A DNA stretch of 64,000 nucleotides from Paramecium tetraurelia (lineage: Eukaryota): the NCBI GenBank assembly GCA_000165425.1, contig CT868031.1, positions 124,001-188,000 of the forward strand, in the 5' to 3' direction. Made by a program: the position numbers and the translations under genes. The notes beneath the pieces were generated by a model. It was given only the letters and a program-made list of their open reading frames with translations, did no database searches and was not told the origin of the DNA. Below are positions 14,133 through 27,178 of the stretch, in pieces (the stretch's first letter is position 1; every line of letters starts with the position of its first letter).

Positions 14133-15644
14133 ATGAGTAGTTAAGAGGAGGATAATCAATTCGATCAAGAATATGAGCAAAATAATTAACAAATAGATGA
14201 ATTCGAATAAAGGTACAAATAGAATCAGACATCTTCTGAGGATGAAGAACATTATTAACAAAGAAGCCTTTAGTAAAACAGTAAGGTTGAATAGTTACCG
14301 TAAATACAGTATTAATGATCATATCGCAGTAGACCATAAAATAAAATCGAAGCCATTTAAAAACAATTAGAATTTTATAAGAAGCAGCCTCCCAAGACTT
14401 TGGCAGAAGAATGTGAGGATGTGATAAATTCAAAAAATGAAACTTTAAAAGATCGAAAGATTCGGGAATTAGTTCAGAAGAATAGACAATTGTTGCTCAG
14501 TTACGAGAAGGAAAAACAATCAAGAAAGAAACTTGAAGAACAAGTGAATAAAGCACTTAAAGAAACTGATGAAGGAATCAAAGCTTTGGATAAAAGCATA
14601 CCAAAAGCTCCGATTCCTAAAGCAGATCCATTGGCAAAAGCATTGAAAGGATCTGAATCATAGAAAGAAGATCTTGGAGTGGCTGATGATTTTAAGAATA
14701 AATTTAAAGAAGCAGACAAAAAAGTGTAGGAATAGCGAGTTAAATTATAATAGGTGAAAACAGAGTTGAATAAAGCAATGAGAATAATATAAAGGGAAGT
14801 AGGAGAGAATGCAAATTTAGATCAATTATTAATGGATGAAAATGGATGGAAGGGTAGGGCTTAATAGATAGAAATCTTGAAATCAAAAGTGAAAGATCTA
14901 AATTCCAAACTAGGATCATCATCTTAATATTCTGATGTTTCTTAAATGTCCAAGCAATCTAAATCAGAAGCCAAGAATAATTCTGATAAATAATAATACG
15001 AGCTATTAAAATCGTAGTATGAAGCAGTTAGAGTAGAGAATGAGAATTTATAACAGAAGATAAAAGCAGTATCAAGTAGGAGATAAATATTGGAAGATCA
15101 AATAAAAGATGTTAAGGTGGAATATGAAAAGAATAAAAAGGTAATTTCAATTTATATCAAATTTAGATTTTATTAGAGAAGAGCGAGAATGATGACAAGT
15201 ACATATTTGCTTTGAAATCTGAATTAGACAAATTGAAAAAGAATTAACCACAATCAGAAACTAAAATAGTTTATAAGCCAGCTGATGATGAGGAGACCAG
15301 AAAATTAAGATAAGAGCTGAAGTATTGTAAAGAGGAAATTGGTCGTAATGAGTAGATGATCAAAGAATTAATAGCAGAAGTATTTATACAAATGAATTTA
15401 GAAAGTCAATAGGAGTAAATAGGAATTGCCTTAATAATAATAGTAGGAGAAAGCTCAGACTAAGCCAGTTCAAACTGATGAGAGAGTGAAGAAGTTGGAA
15501 GAGGAAATAAAAGCGTTAAAGAGAGAGAGGGATGAGTTCTTTAAGACGTTAACTAAGGATGTAGAAACTTAGAAGATGATAAAAGATTTAACTATGCAAA
15601 ATGTAAAATTGAGAAATAAGATTGATGATTTAACCAAAAAATGA
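14133..15644 (+). CDS. CCDC13: Coiled-coil domain-containing protein 13 (centriolar satellite/ciliogenesis)
   Basis: KIRELVQKNRQL, REVGENANLDQLLMDENGWKGRAQQIEILKSKV and LLEKSENDDKYIFAL match CCDC13 signature blocks; two short introns. Confidence 0.8.
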
Positions 15645-15670
15645 ATTCTGTTCTTTATTTATTAATATTT

Positions 15671-18600
15671 TCAAGAAACATAACTTTACATACTTGGTCT
15701 AACTCTAGACTTTTTTATTTAATTCTAATTGTTAGGGAACACTCTCTTTATGAAATATTCATCACCTATGAGCATGACCAATCCTACGATAATAGTTAAG
15801 AGAAATTGTATAAAATTATAGGATCTCCCATGTTATGTATTTGTGTTATAGAGTTTAAATACCGTGTATTGCCATTCTTAATAAGTGAAGAAGATCCATA
15901 AAGTAAAGCTTAAACTTATGCAGATGAAGATTAACATAATTTTGTGAGTAACGAGTTTTTATTTGAATGGTCTTGAGGTGTAAATAGCAATAACTGCCAT
16001 GATAAAGTAGATTTAAATACTTTTGAAAAGAGTAGTTTGTATTGTTCCTTCCTTAGAGAATTTACCATTGACTACACTTGGTTCATTGTCCCATTCAAAA
16101 CTATTCCAATACAGAAAGTTAATGATCAGACCGAATGAAGCCACTATGATTTAGAAACTTAAGACGGCTGCATTCGAAATAGCCATCATGCTTTCATTTG
16201 GAAGATCCTTAGTCAAAAGGATTGAAGGTTTGGATAGGGATATTGATTTTAGATAAGGCAAAGATCCAATGTAATTGATGGCAATATATTGCAAATCTGC
16301 AAAGTTTTATCCAAAAGACATATTTATCATGGCTGCTATGTATTTTATGACACTGGCTCCAACATAATATTAGAATACTTCTAGAGCATTCTAGAGTGCA
16401 CATCTTCCATCTAAGAGAACCTATCTCACACAATCAATGCTGTCATCTGCACTTGAATAAGGAGCTGAAAAGGCAGCATCACTTTAAGCAAATGAAACTC
16501 CAACATTTGCTTATTTGATGGCTGCACAATCATTAGCTCCATCTCCAATCATTAGTACCATTTTATTTAACTACTGAAGCTTTTCGATGACCATTGATTT
16601 TTGTTCAGGTCTCATTCTCGCAAAGACTTTTGCCTTTAAACATATAGAAGCAAATAATTTATTATGAAGTTCTTCATCAGTTAATCCTTGTATTTTTATT
16701 TATTCTACATTATCAATTGGCTGTTCAAATCCAGCAAAGGATTACCTTTTGTGTTTTTTGATTTCTTCATGAGGTAATTAATCCCAAAAATAATCAAATG
16801 CCTTGCCACTCATTGCAAAACAATGACCAGCACTAAGATTATCATTTTCTGAGATAATAGATCTTTTGATATTCTAAGCAGTTAATAAATGTTGAACTAA
16901 TTTATTCATTATCTATTGATGATCTAAAGATGATTCATTTACATCTTCAACTTCATCGAAGAGTATGTCAATTTCACTGTTTAATTTTGATTGATTGTTA
17001 TTCAAGTTATCTTCAAAAACACCTATTTCATCTAAGGACAATTATTGCTATTTTAATTATTAATATCAATACTTCTTTTTCATTATAATCTAACAATAAG
17101 ACTGGCTTACCAAGAGGGATTATTCCACATTCTCGAGCACATTGTACAGTGGTTAAAGGATTATCGCCTGAAATGATCTTGAGATCAACACATGCATTAT
17201 TTAATAAATTAATAACCTAGGGAGTATCATGTTTTAATTTGTTTTCCATGGCCAACAATCCTAAAAACTGAATATCTGATTCGCATTCTTATCTACTTGC
17301 ATTCATCAATCTTTCACATTCCTCCTAGGTTATTTATTTGTATCCAAATCCTAAGATTCTAAGACCTTTCATTGTTAATACATTAAGGTTCTTCTTAAAG
17401 TCTGTCGGAATAGTATTTTGCATAGATAATTCAGCCATCTTTTCAGGAGAACCTTTAACAAAAACATAATAATCATCTGTGTCTTTTACTATTACACTCA
17501 TTCTCTGTAATGCAGATTCAAATTCATAAAGTTTTAGCACATCCAAAACAATACCCTCTCTATTTACAACTCTGGATTTCGCATTTTGAGGTGGATTCTT
17601 ATCAATTTTAAAGTCTGTAAACTTAAATAACTCTACATCGAGACTATCACCCATCAAATCGCCTTCAATCTCATAGGTTCCATTACAAGTAGCAAATAAT
17701 TTAAATTCTAAACTATTTTTTGATTTCACTTGATTTTTCAGGATGAACTTTGCAAATTTCTATTAATTTCTTAATTGATATCCAAACATGTCAATCCCTA
17801 TGGTAGTCAAAGTTCCTGTCTTATCAAAGCAAACAGTATTGATTTTACCGGATACAAGTGATTTTGTTGGGTCAATTCCGAAAATACCTTTTTGTCTTAA
17901 CCTAATCAATGAATACGTTTGACACATTGAAACAAAAATAGGCAAGGCTGGAGGTACAATCCAAGTCAAAGCATCCCAAAATCTTAAGAATATGATCATG
18001 AAACTGAATCCAACGGTAATCATTCTATGTAGCAATGCAAAATAAACAATCAAAACACATATAGCCAAGCAAATTAGATATTTGATTCCTTAACTGTAAA
18101 AAGCGAATGGTTAAACTTTTGGATATAACACACTCCTAAAAATCTACCCCTTAAAAGAGCTAAATCCTGTTCTACCAACAATGGCTACCACGTGTTGATA
18201 TTTGGGTCTTGCAAGTAGAACCTTTGTGCCTTCGTATAAACAATGTCTTTTATCAGTCATGAATGAAACTGGCTGATCCAAATCTTCGACTGGAATTTTG
18301 GGAATAGGAATTGATTCCCCTGTCAACGAGGCTTCATTCATCAGTAGATCTCCAGAAACTAGAACGCAATCACAAGGCAAAGTCATTTTGTTCTCAATTG
18401 CAATCACATCTCCTGGCACTAAATCTTTGCTATCAATCTTTCTAAATTGAATTGCTTGTTAATTGCAGGGTTACAATCCTCTGTAGACTTAGACCTAAGC
18501 TAAACTCTTAGCCATGTTTCTCAATTTTTTGGCTGAATTCTGAAGAAGCAAAAAGTTGATTGTTGTGAATATTAATGAAACAGATATCATTATTATCGAC

Positions 18601-19221
18601 AATATTGCCAAGTCTGTTTTATTTACTCAATAATTACCTTCTAGAACCCAGAGAAAACAGGACAAGTATTGTAAGATGTAGAATGGGGCTGTTAATTCTT
18701 TGAGCAAATACACAAACAAATTAGGCTTTGGGATGTCAATCAAGCATTTGCCGTACTTCTCTTGGAATAGAATAGGCTCTAAGTTGATTAATCTTTGGCT
18801 TACATTGTATGCCAGGGGCTTATAGCAATTCTCTTTTGGTTTTCAGATCATACTCGAGTGCTTTGAATGCATTCATAGAAGTATTATAGATGTAGTTTAG
18901 TTTTCGATTGATGAAATAGATTTCGTTTTGCTTATTCATTAACTTGGATATGTTATTTGAATTGTCATTGTTAATGATCCACATGTGTGTTGCCATCTCC
19001 ATTTGCGATTCCTTGAAGAAGAACTTTCTCACAAGTTTCTTTGACCAACTGCAAGCTAGTGTGAACAAGAAGCTTGTGATGACAGAGAGGAGCACTCCGA
19101 GTACTACTCTCCGCTTTTGTAATCTAATTGGTTCTATATAGGTGATTTTGGTTGTGCCTTCTATTTCGGAATCTACAACCACTGGATTCTGAGCTTTGGA
19201 TAGGAGACTCGAAGGATCCAT
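15671..19221 (-). CDS. P5B-type P-type ATPase (ATP13A family)
   Basis: LTGES, PPALP (P5B-type M4 motif), CFDKTGTLT, KGSPE, MIGDGANDC; multiple TM segments. Confidence 0.95.
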
Positions 19222-19374
19222 TAAAGATATTATTAATATTTTATGCATAAGTGATGATTGATATGTTCAAAACTGGTGTAACATTTGATTTTAGAGCAAT
19301 TGAAATTGCATATTAATAAAGAGATAATAAATGAATAACAATCATAAGGCAAGAAGATTTTATTTAATAAATTA

Positions 19375-19869
19375 ATGTACATCAGTCTTTCCTAAGGCAA
19401 CAAAACTTGGTGGACTCACACCTCTCTTGTACCCGCTGAGACTCAGAATAAGGTGGCCTCATTGGTGGATGGAGTGGGCAGCTTTTAGAATAAGGCATCT
19501 CTGATTTCAACATATTTGAGTTTGGAGGCAGTCAATCGTATCCCAGTCGCTAAGAAGTTGGCAATCTACTTCAAGGCTGGAATTGTGGGGGCAGTGTTTT
19601 TGGGATCAAGGTAATTTGATCACAATTCAAATTAGAATAGCAGCAGCATCGATTTATTAGAGAAATGTGCAAGGAGAGATTGGAAAGGTCCTTGATGGTG
19701 CACCTGTTTGGGAGAATAAGTTCGACGTTCCCGAGTTGGACAAGAAGTTCTTCTTCATTGATGATGATAATAATTTCGAACCCTCATTATGGCATCATGG
19801 AATGTATGCATTCATAAATAGAAAAGCAACTCAATTGAGAAGCCAAAGGTATTCTACAAACATGAGTGA
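19375..19869 (+). CDS. Small (~150 aa) protein with one hydrophobic segment; possibly a ciliate mitochondrial membrane-complex subunit
   Basis: Intact spliced ORF MYISLSQGNKTWWTHTSLVP...GAPVWENKFDVPELDKKFFFIDDDNNFEPSLWHHG...; two short introns; codon usage resembles the ribosomal-protein genes. Function is inference only. Confidence 0.75.
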
Positions 19870-19924
19870 ATTTTAATCATTTAATGGATAAAATTTAAAA
19901 TAAAATTAAATCTTTAAATTATTA

Positions 19925-20464
19925 ATGGGACGTATGTAAGCCAAGGGAAAGGGAAAGGGTATCTCTGGATCGGCCCTTCCATACAAGAGAAAAGCTCCAA
20001 AATGGTTGACTCTTTCATCAAAGTCAATTGTTGATCAAATCGTCAATTTGGCCAAGAAGGGTAGCGAAATCATAGTAATTTGAGGTTTGAATGGATCACA
20101 AATTGGTGTTTACTTGAGAGATCAACAAGGAATCCCATAAACCAGATTCTTGACTGGACAAAAGATCCTCAGAATCCTGAAAAAGAGAGGTATTCATAGG
20201 TAGAATAACCGAAAGGCTGTGCCCCAAAGATTCCAGAGGACTTATACGCTTTAATCAAGAAGGCTGTGCAAATTAGAAAGCATTTGGAAAAGAATAGAGG
20301 TGATATTACAAGCAAATTCAGATTGATTTTGGTTGAGAGCAGAATTCACAGATTGAGTAGATACTACAGAAGAACTTAAAAATTGCCATCAAACTGGAAA
20401 TAGTAAGCAATATTAATAAATGTTTAGTGTCTCAAAGACAGCATCAGCCTTAATTGGTCAATGA
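19925..20464 (+). CDS. RPS13: 40S ribosomal protein S13 (uS15)
   Basis: [22 protein letters not shown]...[13 protein letters not shown]...[18 protein letters not shown]; three short introns. Confidence 0.98.
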
Positions 20465-20550
20465 ACAATATTTTACACATATAGTACATTATATAATAAT
20501 TATATAAATGATTAATAATGTTGTCCCTTATTAATATTTATGATAAAATC

Positions 20551-21720
20551 TCAGAATCTGCCACCAAGATATTGGGAGGTAGCGGTTAATTTTTCAGTTA
20601 AATGTTCCAAGATTCTATCAACAACTTCTTATTGTCTTTATCTTTCGGTGGTTTAAGTTTCATAAGTGGATTCTTGGAGAGCACACCATTCATGTTCAGC
20701 ATCAAGAGTCTCTTAAGCTTATTCTAATTCCAACTATTTAAGACATAAATAATAAAACTTACTTGATGGACTTCGTAGAAATGAGTGGCAGTGTCAATGT
20801 TGGTCTTGAAAGTTTGGATGGATTATTCCAATTGATTCTTTCTATCGACCAATCTATTGTGTTCATTGCTCAAGTGAGTGGAGAATTCAGCCCATCTTTA
20901 AGCTTATCTGTTTTCAGTATCCTAGAATATTATATAAAATTTAATAGTTACTTCTAAGACTGATCTGGCTTCAACTAATTGTTATCTGAGTTATGAAAGC
21001 AATTGAAGAATTCTTTAGATGGGCTTTTTGATCGACTTTAGTAGCTAATTCAGTCAAGGGCGGTGACAATTGGTTAAAAAGAGAGCACCGTGACTTTCAT
21101 TTTCAATCAATCTCTTTTAAACAGCTTCAAATTTTGGTTTAAGTTCAGCAAAAGTAGCACCAAGAGAAAGATGTTACACTAATTTGGTTGCTTCATCAAC
21201 AGCAGCAATAGCATCATCATGCTCTCCATTCTTTCTAACCCATGTTTCGTGAGCCTTGTTTCTGTTGGCTTCTTCTTAAGCGAATGTTCTTTCATTACTT
21301 TCGATATCCTAATTGATTACTTTATATGCATATATTTACTTGGATTGTTTATCTTACGTCAGTTTCAGCTTCTGCCAATGCCTTTTCGTTGTCTTCTCTC
21401 ATTTGAGCATTAGCAGCTACTTAGGCTGTGTGATAGGCAATTGAGTTTTCTAAATCTGTGACTATACGAGTGCAAGCAGATCTATCAACTCTGATAACAT
21501 TATCATGTTTGTATTAATCATCAACCAAACCAGCCAAAACTTAATTCAATAAAACCAATATCTCTTCTGCATTTCCTTTTGCTTGTAAATACATTTGAAC
21601 TGTTGATAGAATTGTGTTTCCGAAGTTGTCAGCATCAATCTCTGCCAACACTGTCTTTGTATCCTTCTGAACACCCATTGCACATGAAACAATCAAGGCC
21701 AAAGCGATGAATTTGTACAT
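20551..21720 (-). CDS. Trichocyst matrix protein precursor, T4-like (apparent +1 frameshift at ~21021)
   Basis: Signal peptide MYKFIALALIVSCAMG; EIDADNFGNTILSTVQ, HETWVRKNGEHDDAIAAVDEATKLVQHL and LFQPIVTALTELATKVD closely resemble Paramecium TMP T4; three short introns. Confidence 0.9.
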
Positions 21721-21764
21721 TATTAAAAAATTAACGAAAACGGATTACTAAATTAATATATTAA

Positions 21765-22314
21765 TCAAAGGTATCTGTAGCCGTAGCCCGTTGCTCCTGG
21801 ACGATATCCACTCACTCTACTTGGACTGTATCTATAATTTGAATATGATGTAGGAGCAGGTGGTGGTGGTGGTAAATATTATGATTAATATCCATAGCCA
21901 GCTCTGCTTTATGGTCCTTTCACTACATGGCTATTCTATACGGGAACATAATCCACATGTTCATCGTAGCGGTCTACTGGAATATATTCCACTCTTTTTT
22001 CCAATCTTGGAACTGGTACGTAATCTGTCTCATGTTTAACTAAACATCCTTAATTTATATTTTAAACCTTCGATGTAATCTGTGTATGATTTCTCGACTG
22101 GTCTATATTCAACCTTTGTTTCTGGCACATAATCTGTGTATCTCTACTCCACAGGGATATATTCAGACCATTATTCGCCTCTCGTTGGAGCTCTTGATTG
22201 ATATGAGTATGGACGATCGTAAGGACCGTAGTATGCTGGACCATATTAACTTGGTGGATAAACTGGAGCTGTGCGGTCATAGGCACTTTGGTAAAAGGGT
22301 TTGTAGTATGACAT
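21765..22314 (-). CDS. Epiplasmin (cortical membrane-skeleton protein)
   Basis: Central repeats EYIPVEQRYTDYVPETKVEYRPVEKSYTDYIEVKHETDYVPVPRLEKRVEYIPVDRYDEHVDYVPV flanked by Y/P/G-rich arms; one intron. Confidence 0.9.
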
Positions 22315-23172
22315 GTAAATCACTTAAAATTATTTATTTTTATTTCTTCTAACAGAACTTTATTTTAATGTTAAATTTATTTTTTTATATAATGCATTTA
22401 AAAAATTCCTATGCCAATTGACATAACATAAGCAGAATATCATATATAGATTAAGGCTTAGACTTCCCTCATCCTAATATATCTCTTTTTTCTCATTCTA
22501 GTAACAAGTTTAACTATATATATGTTTTAAATTATTATCTATAACATAACACACAATTATAATTAAAGTTGTTTGAGGAATCAGCTTAAAAACATAATAT
22601 TTGTTAATAATGATCATGATTAAGTTTATATAAAATAAGAAATAAAAAGTTGCCAGATTTATTTGATTATTTACACATAAACTTATACAAATGAGAAATA
22701 GAATTAATTAAATGATGGAAATTTCAAGTTTAAATAAATTTAACTAGGTTTCTGGGTTTGTATTTTATAGGATCTATACAATCTATTTTGCTTCTTGTTA
22801 ATTTATAGGCATATGGTTTTCTATTTAAATAGCTTTCATATATTTATTTTGAATAAATTAATAAAATAAAATTTTTAATTATTATCATATTATAAAGAAT
22901 GCTCATGTGTATATGGCCACTTATAATATATGAAATAAATATTTCATTACCCTTATAAAATTAACATGAAGATATATTATTTTCCTCAATCAATTCTCAT
23001 AATTTTAAAAAGAAGAATAAATAATAAAATAGATAGTTCATAAAAAATAGTAAATATTAATTATATTCAATTTAATTATTATAATTCTTAAATTAATACA
23101 TAAATGTTCAAATGTGTATAAATAATTTCTTAATTATACAATTTATTATATATATTATTGAACGATTATAAA

Positions 23173-24279
23173 ATGATTTTACTTTTTATAATAATAGGGA
23201 TAACAAAATCAAATGCTCCAGGAACGCTTAGCTGCCTCACTTTTTTATCAGAGTTTTTATGTGAAGAACCCGGGTATTGTATTTGGGATGGAACGAAATG
23301 TTTAGACTATACTTAGAATCAGGATTGCTATAGAATTAACGAGATTGGAGCATGTCGAGATAATGGGATCTATTCCTCAGTAGGGGGATCGAGTTTATGC
23401 GAACCTTTGAGCAAATTGGAAAATGAATACAAAAATGTTTGCGGCATAACAAATATCGTCGATTACAATTACGTAAGATATCCTATAATAACAACTGGAT
23501 TCTCTACTCATTCGTTATCAGGCTTAACAGTTGCCTAATTGAAAATATCAGCACCTTAGTAGAATTACATATACTAAGTGTTAAGTGTAAATATATAGAT
23601 AGCTAAAAACCCAGATTTATAACTAATTTTAGATTTGTATAAGACATATGAGGGAGAATTAGTAAAGCCTTACATTCATTGTCCCTATTAAATTGAGAAG
23701 GCCCTGGTTCAGACATTGCAAAATTTAAGAGATGATACAACTTCACTTTCATCTGGAGATAAACAGGCTACGATGATGAAATTTTGGAGTATAGTGGATG
23801 TCTATCTCAAGAGATTGCAGATCCATAAGAAGAACTATTAATCTTACAATTATTTTCTAAATTTCCTATAATGCTCTTTTTCAAGGCTGTTTATGACTTT
23901 AAAAGGACAAGGTCATACGATAACAATCAGTTGGTCTAAATATAAGAAGAATGGATTGATTTAATTAATATCGTATTCTCCAAAAATGTTTGGTATAACA
24001 ACTGCCTTGAGCGATGTTATTTATGTAAATATACTAGGGGAGGATGCCATGGCATATACAGATATTGAAAATATGAAGATATCCTATATATAAGAGAGTG
24101 GTACATTGACAAATGTAGTGAGGAAATTGAAGTTTATAACTGATAAAATATAGATTCCTCACTAAGTTATGACATATACCATCAACTCTGCAGCATGCGA
24201 TTCAACTGAGAGAGAATGTGAATTTAGTTTTCCCTCTCCTCTCACAAATAGCACATTCACTTTTTACGTGGAATAATGA
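23173..24279 (+). CDS. Secreted ~368 aa protein with Cys-rich N-terminus, uncharacterised
   Basis: Intronless open frame; signal peptide MILLFIIIGITKS; SCLTFLSEFLCEEPGYCIWDGTKC; no TM segment; ends ECEFSFPSPLTNSTFTFYVEQ-TGA. Confidence 0.85.
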
Positions 24280-24385
24280 TGTAGATGTTATTATTTTTAC
24301 ATTTTGAATTAATTATTAACGCGTATTGCTTAAAATTCAATCTTAATGAGTCTGACAAATAGAGAAATGAAGAAAATTAATAAAA

Positions 24386-25493
24386 ATGAGAATAATAATA
24401 ATAATTACAACATCAAGAATTTAAATATTACATTTGTCTTATATTAATAGTTAAATGACATGATATAATTTTCATTAATAAATGATTAGTAGTAAGTTTA
24501 GGTTGTATTGCAGAATAAGCTTGTGCATAACTTAGTATAGTGAATGATTGAGAGTAAATGAATTAGCTTGTAGTTCAAAGCCTTTAGGAAGAGGGTTATA
24601 AACTGGAGCCTTATCATTGATATATGAAGCATTTGAGCAGTTTAATTTACAATCCAATAATGTTTATGTGGCTAAAGGTGATGGTTAATGCAAATTTGCT
24701 TCTGTTCTTTGCAATAAAACTACAGAGGGTTCAGTATTTTTAAAAAGTAACATTACATCTACACTTTCCTTTTGTATCGGCTAAAGCAAGGCAAAGTGCA
24801 GCTAATTTTGAAATCAAAGTTAGCAGCAATATTGGCTAGACACATTTTAATTTATAAAGTATTGATTGGTAAATAGCTCTTTTTAGATTTGTTAAGTTTT
24901 CGCCAGGCTATTATCAAACTAATTATTATTTTCTTAATTTTGCAAATAGTCCATATTCCAGAAGAGAATTAAAAGATTATAGGTAACTACATAAAGTAGG
25001 ATATAATTTAGCTACCTATTCAGATGGATTTATGCAAGTTTATTCTTATGCTGCTAAATAGTTTGGAGCTTTAAAGACATCTTTGCTAAGAGATCAACCC
25101 ACTTCTATCATAACTGCTTGAAGTATTAATTTAGATAGTAGATTTACAGATATTTTCATTGAATAGATTTGGACTGACAGAATGACATGGACTTAGTTTT
25201 TGTTAAAAAGGACTTCAATTATTGTCTAATTTGATGAAATTATTGCCAAAGCAACTGATGCTATTAAATTGATCAGTATAATAAATCACCTATACCACTA
25301 TAGCTACCAAAACAACTAAAATAGCTCATCATACTCCACCAGTAACTTAACAACTAATATAATCAATTATTATTTCAGTTATAGTCCTGGAAAGAGTGTT
25401 CATAAAATTAATGTTCAATATAAATTGTCAATTGAATTAGGGACACCATGTCCTTATACATCATAAAAAACTACTGATTATAAATGCTTCTGA
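24386..25493 (+). pseudogene. Decayed tandem paralog of the 23173-24279 gene
   Basis: YQTNYYFLNFANSPYSR...DGFMQVYSYAAKQFG aligns with YQSYNYFLNFLQCSFSR...NGLIQLISYSPKMFG of the upstream gene; contains in-frame TGAs (e.g. ~25119) and frameshifts. Confidence 0.65.
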
Positions 25494-25524
25494 TTAAAAT
25501 TATTAATTAATATAAAATATTTCA

Positions 25525-27050
25525 TGATAAGCTTTCAGGATCGATTTAAAGGAAAAATGTCATACATCTCAAAATATGGAATTAACTAATCTCCTGATAT
25601 TAAATAAAATAGCTAAATTCTGGTATTCTTTTGATGACTATTAAGTAATAAGATTAATCAAACAATAAAAGTCTTTAAAAAATTATTAATCTAAACTCCA
25701 AATCACCTATCAAAAATTCTTATTTTTATAAGTTACCTCCACTAAAAAATAAAATTGTAGATAGAACTTTAAATTTTAATTAACAGAAATAATAAATATA
25801 AACGAAGAAAATGTATTAATCTACAAATATTTCAGTTATTCAGCTGACCATTCAAAGATTAGTTTGAAGAAATATGATAGTGATGTTGAACAAATCTAAA
25901 TGAAGCACTTGCAATATTTAAATAAGATTGAACAATTATATATGCTTTAAAAAAATTGATTAAAATATAATTAAAGGAATTCTTCGTAATTATTATAATC
26001 TTGTGTACTTCTTATAACACAATCAAAATTAATTTCAAATTTTATTTTATACTTACTTCCTCTTTGAGAAAATCAAAAAGTATTCAAAATAAAATTCCTA
26101 ATTTCATTTAGTAATAACTCTCAAGAATAGATGTTCAATCAATTTTAAACTCAAAATTGAATAAAGACACAAATTGGCTTGCTATAATATAATATAAATA
26201 AAAGATTATTAAGATTTAATGATCTAATTTATAAGATATGCTTGAAAAATTAATAAAAACACTTCGGTAATATTTAATGTATCATCGTTTCATAAAGAAA
26301 TTAATAGAAATTTCAAGAAATTATTATTTAGCCATTCAAAGGAGTTATGTTATGTTTTATCAGATAATATTGATAAATTGTTTTAGTCTAAATATATATG
26401 GTTGTATTCTTAAACCTTAATAAAAGGCTTCTAAAATATCATCCTAAAGGGTCACAATTATTATTATTTTTCATTTAATTCTTTAATCAGTTCCAAATCA
26501 GTTTTATTAAGGCCTCTTGATGAATAATAATAATACTTCGATTACTAATTTCGTTAGGAAAATATGTTTTAAATCAGAAACTTTCAAAGTTGATGAGCAG
26601 TTCTATATATTATAACTAGATTAGCTAATAAAATCAAATACTATTTTTATCAATATAAATAGTCATATTTGATATAGAATTAATGAACTAGTATGAATTA
26701 TTACAATAAGCTTAATATTCAGAGAATTCAATATTTTAGAATTTTATACAAAAATGAATTATGATTAATTAGAATCTAATAAAAATATCTATTTTAAGAA
26801 GAAATTGAGTGTCAGCAATAACGGGAATAATTAATTATCCATAATTACAGCAATTTTAATCCTAATTTTTTAAAATCAAATGGTAATTTTGGCTGTCAAT
26901 ATAATTGATGAATACTTTTAAGCCTCAAATTTCTCGGTAAGCTACATTTTACATAATGATTAATTGATAATCCTCATTCTACAAAATATTAAGTGATTTT
27001 ATGAAAACTTACTCATATGAATATAAAATAATCTTTTTATCCAATAAAAT
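25525..27050 (+). pseudogene. Probable decayed gene remnant(s), family unknown
   Basis: Gap of about 1.6 kb containing short coding-like stretches repeatedly broken by TGA and frameshifts. Confidence 0.3.
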
Positions 27051-27178
27051 TGGCTTGATAGATAATAATTTGTTATTTAGAGCTATCAATCATATTTTGA
27101 ATTAAGGATGGTAGAAAAGATGCGAAATGATTTTAGTTAATTTATAGATGTTTAACGTTATATAATTTAAATATAAAA

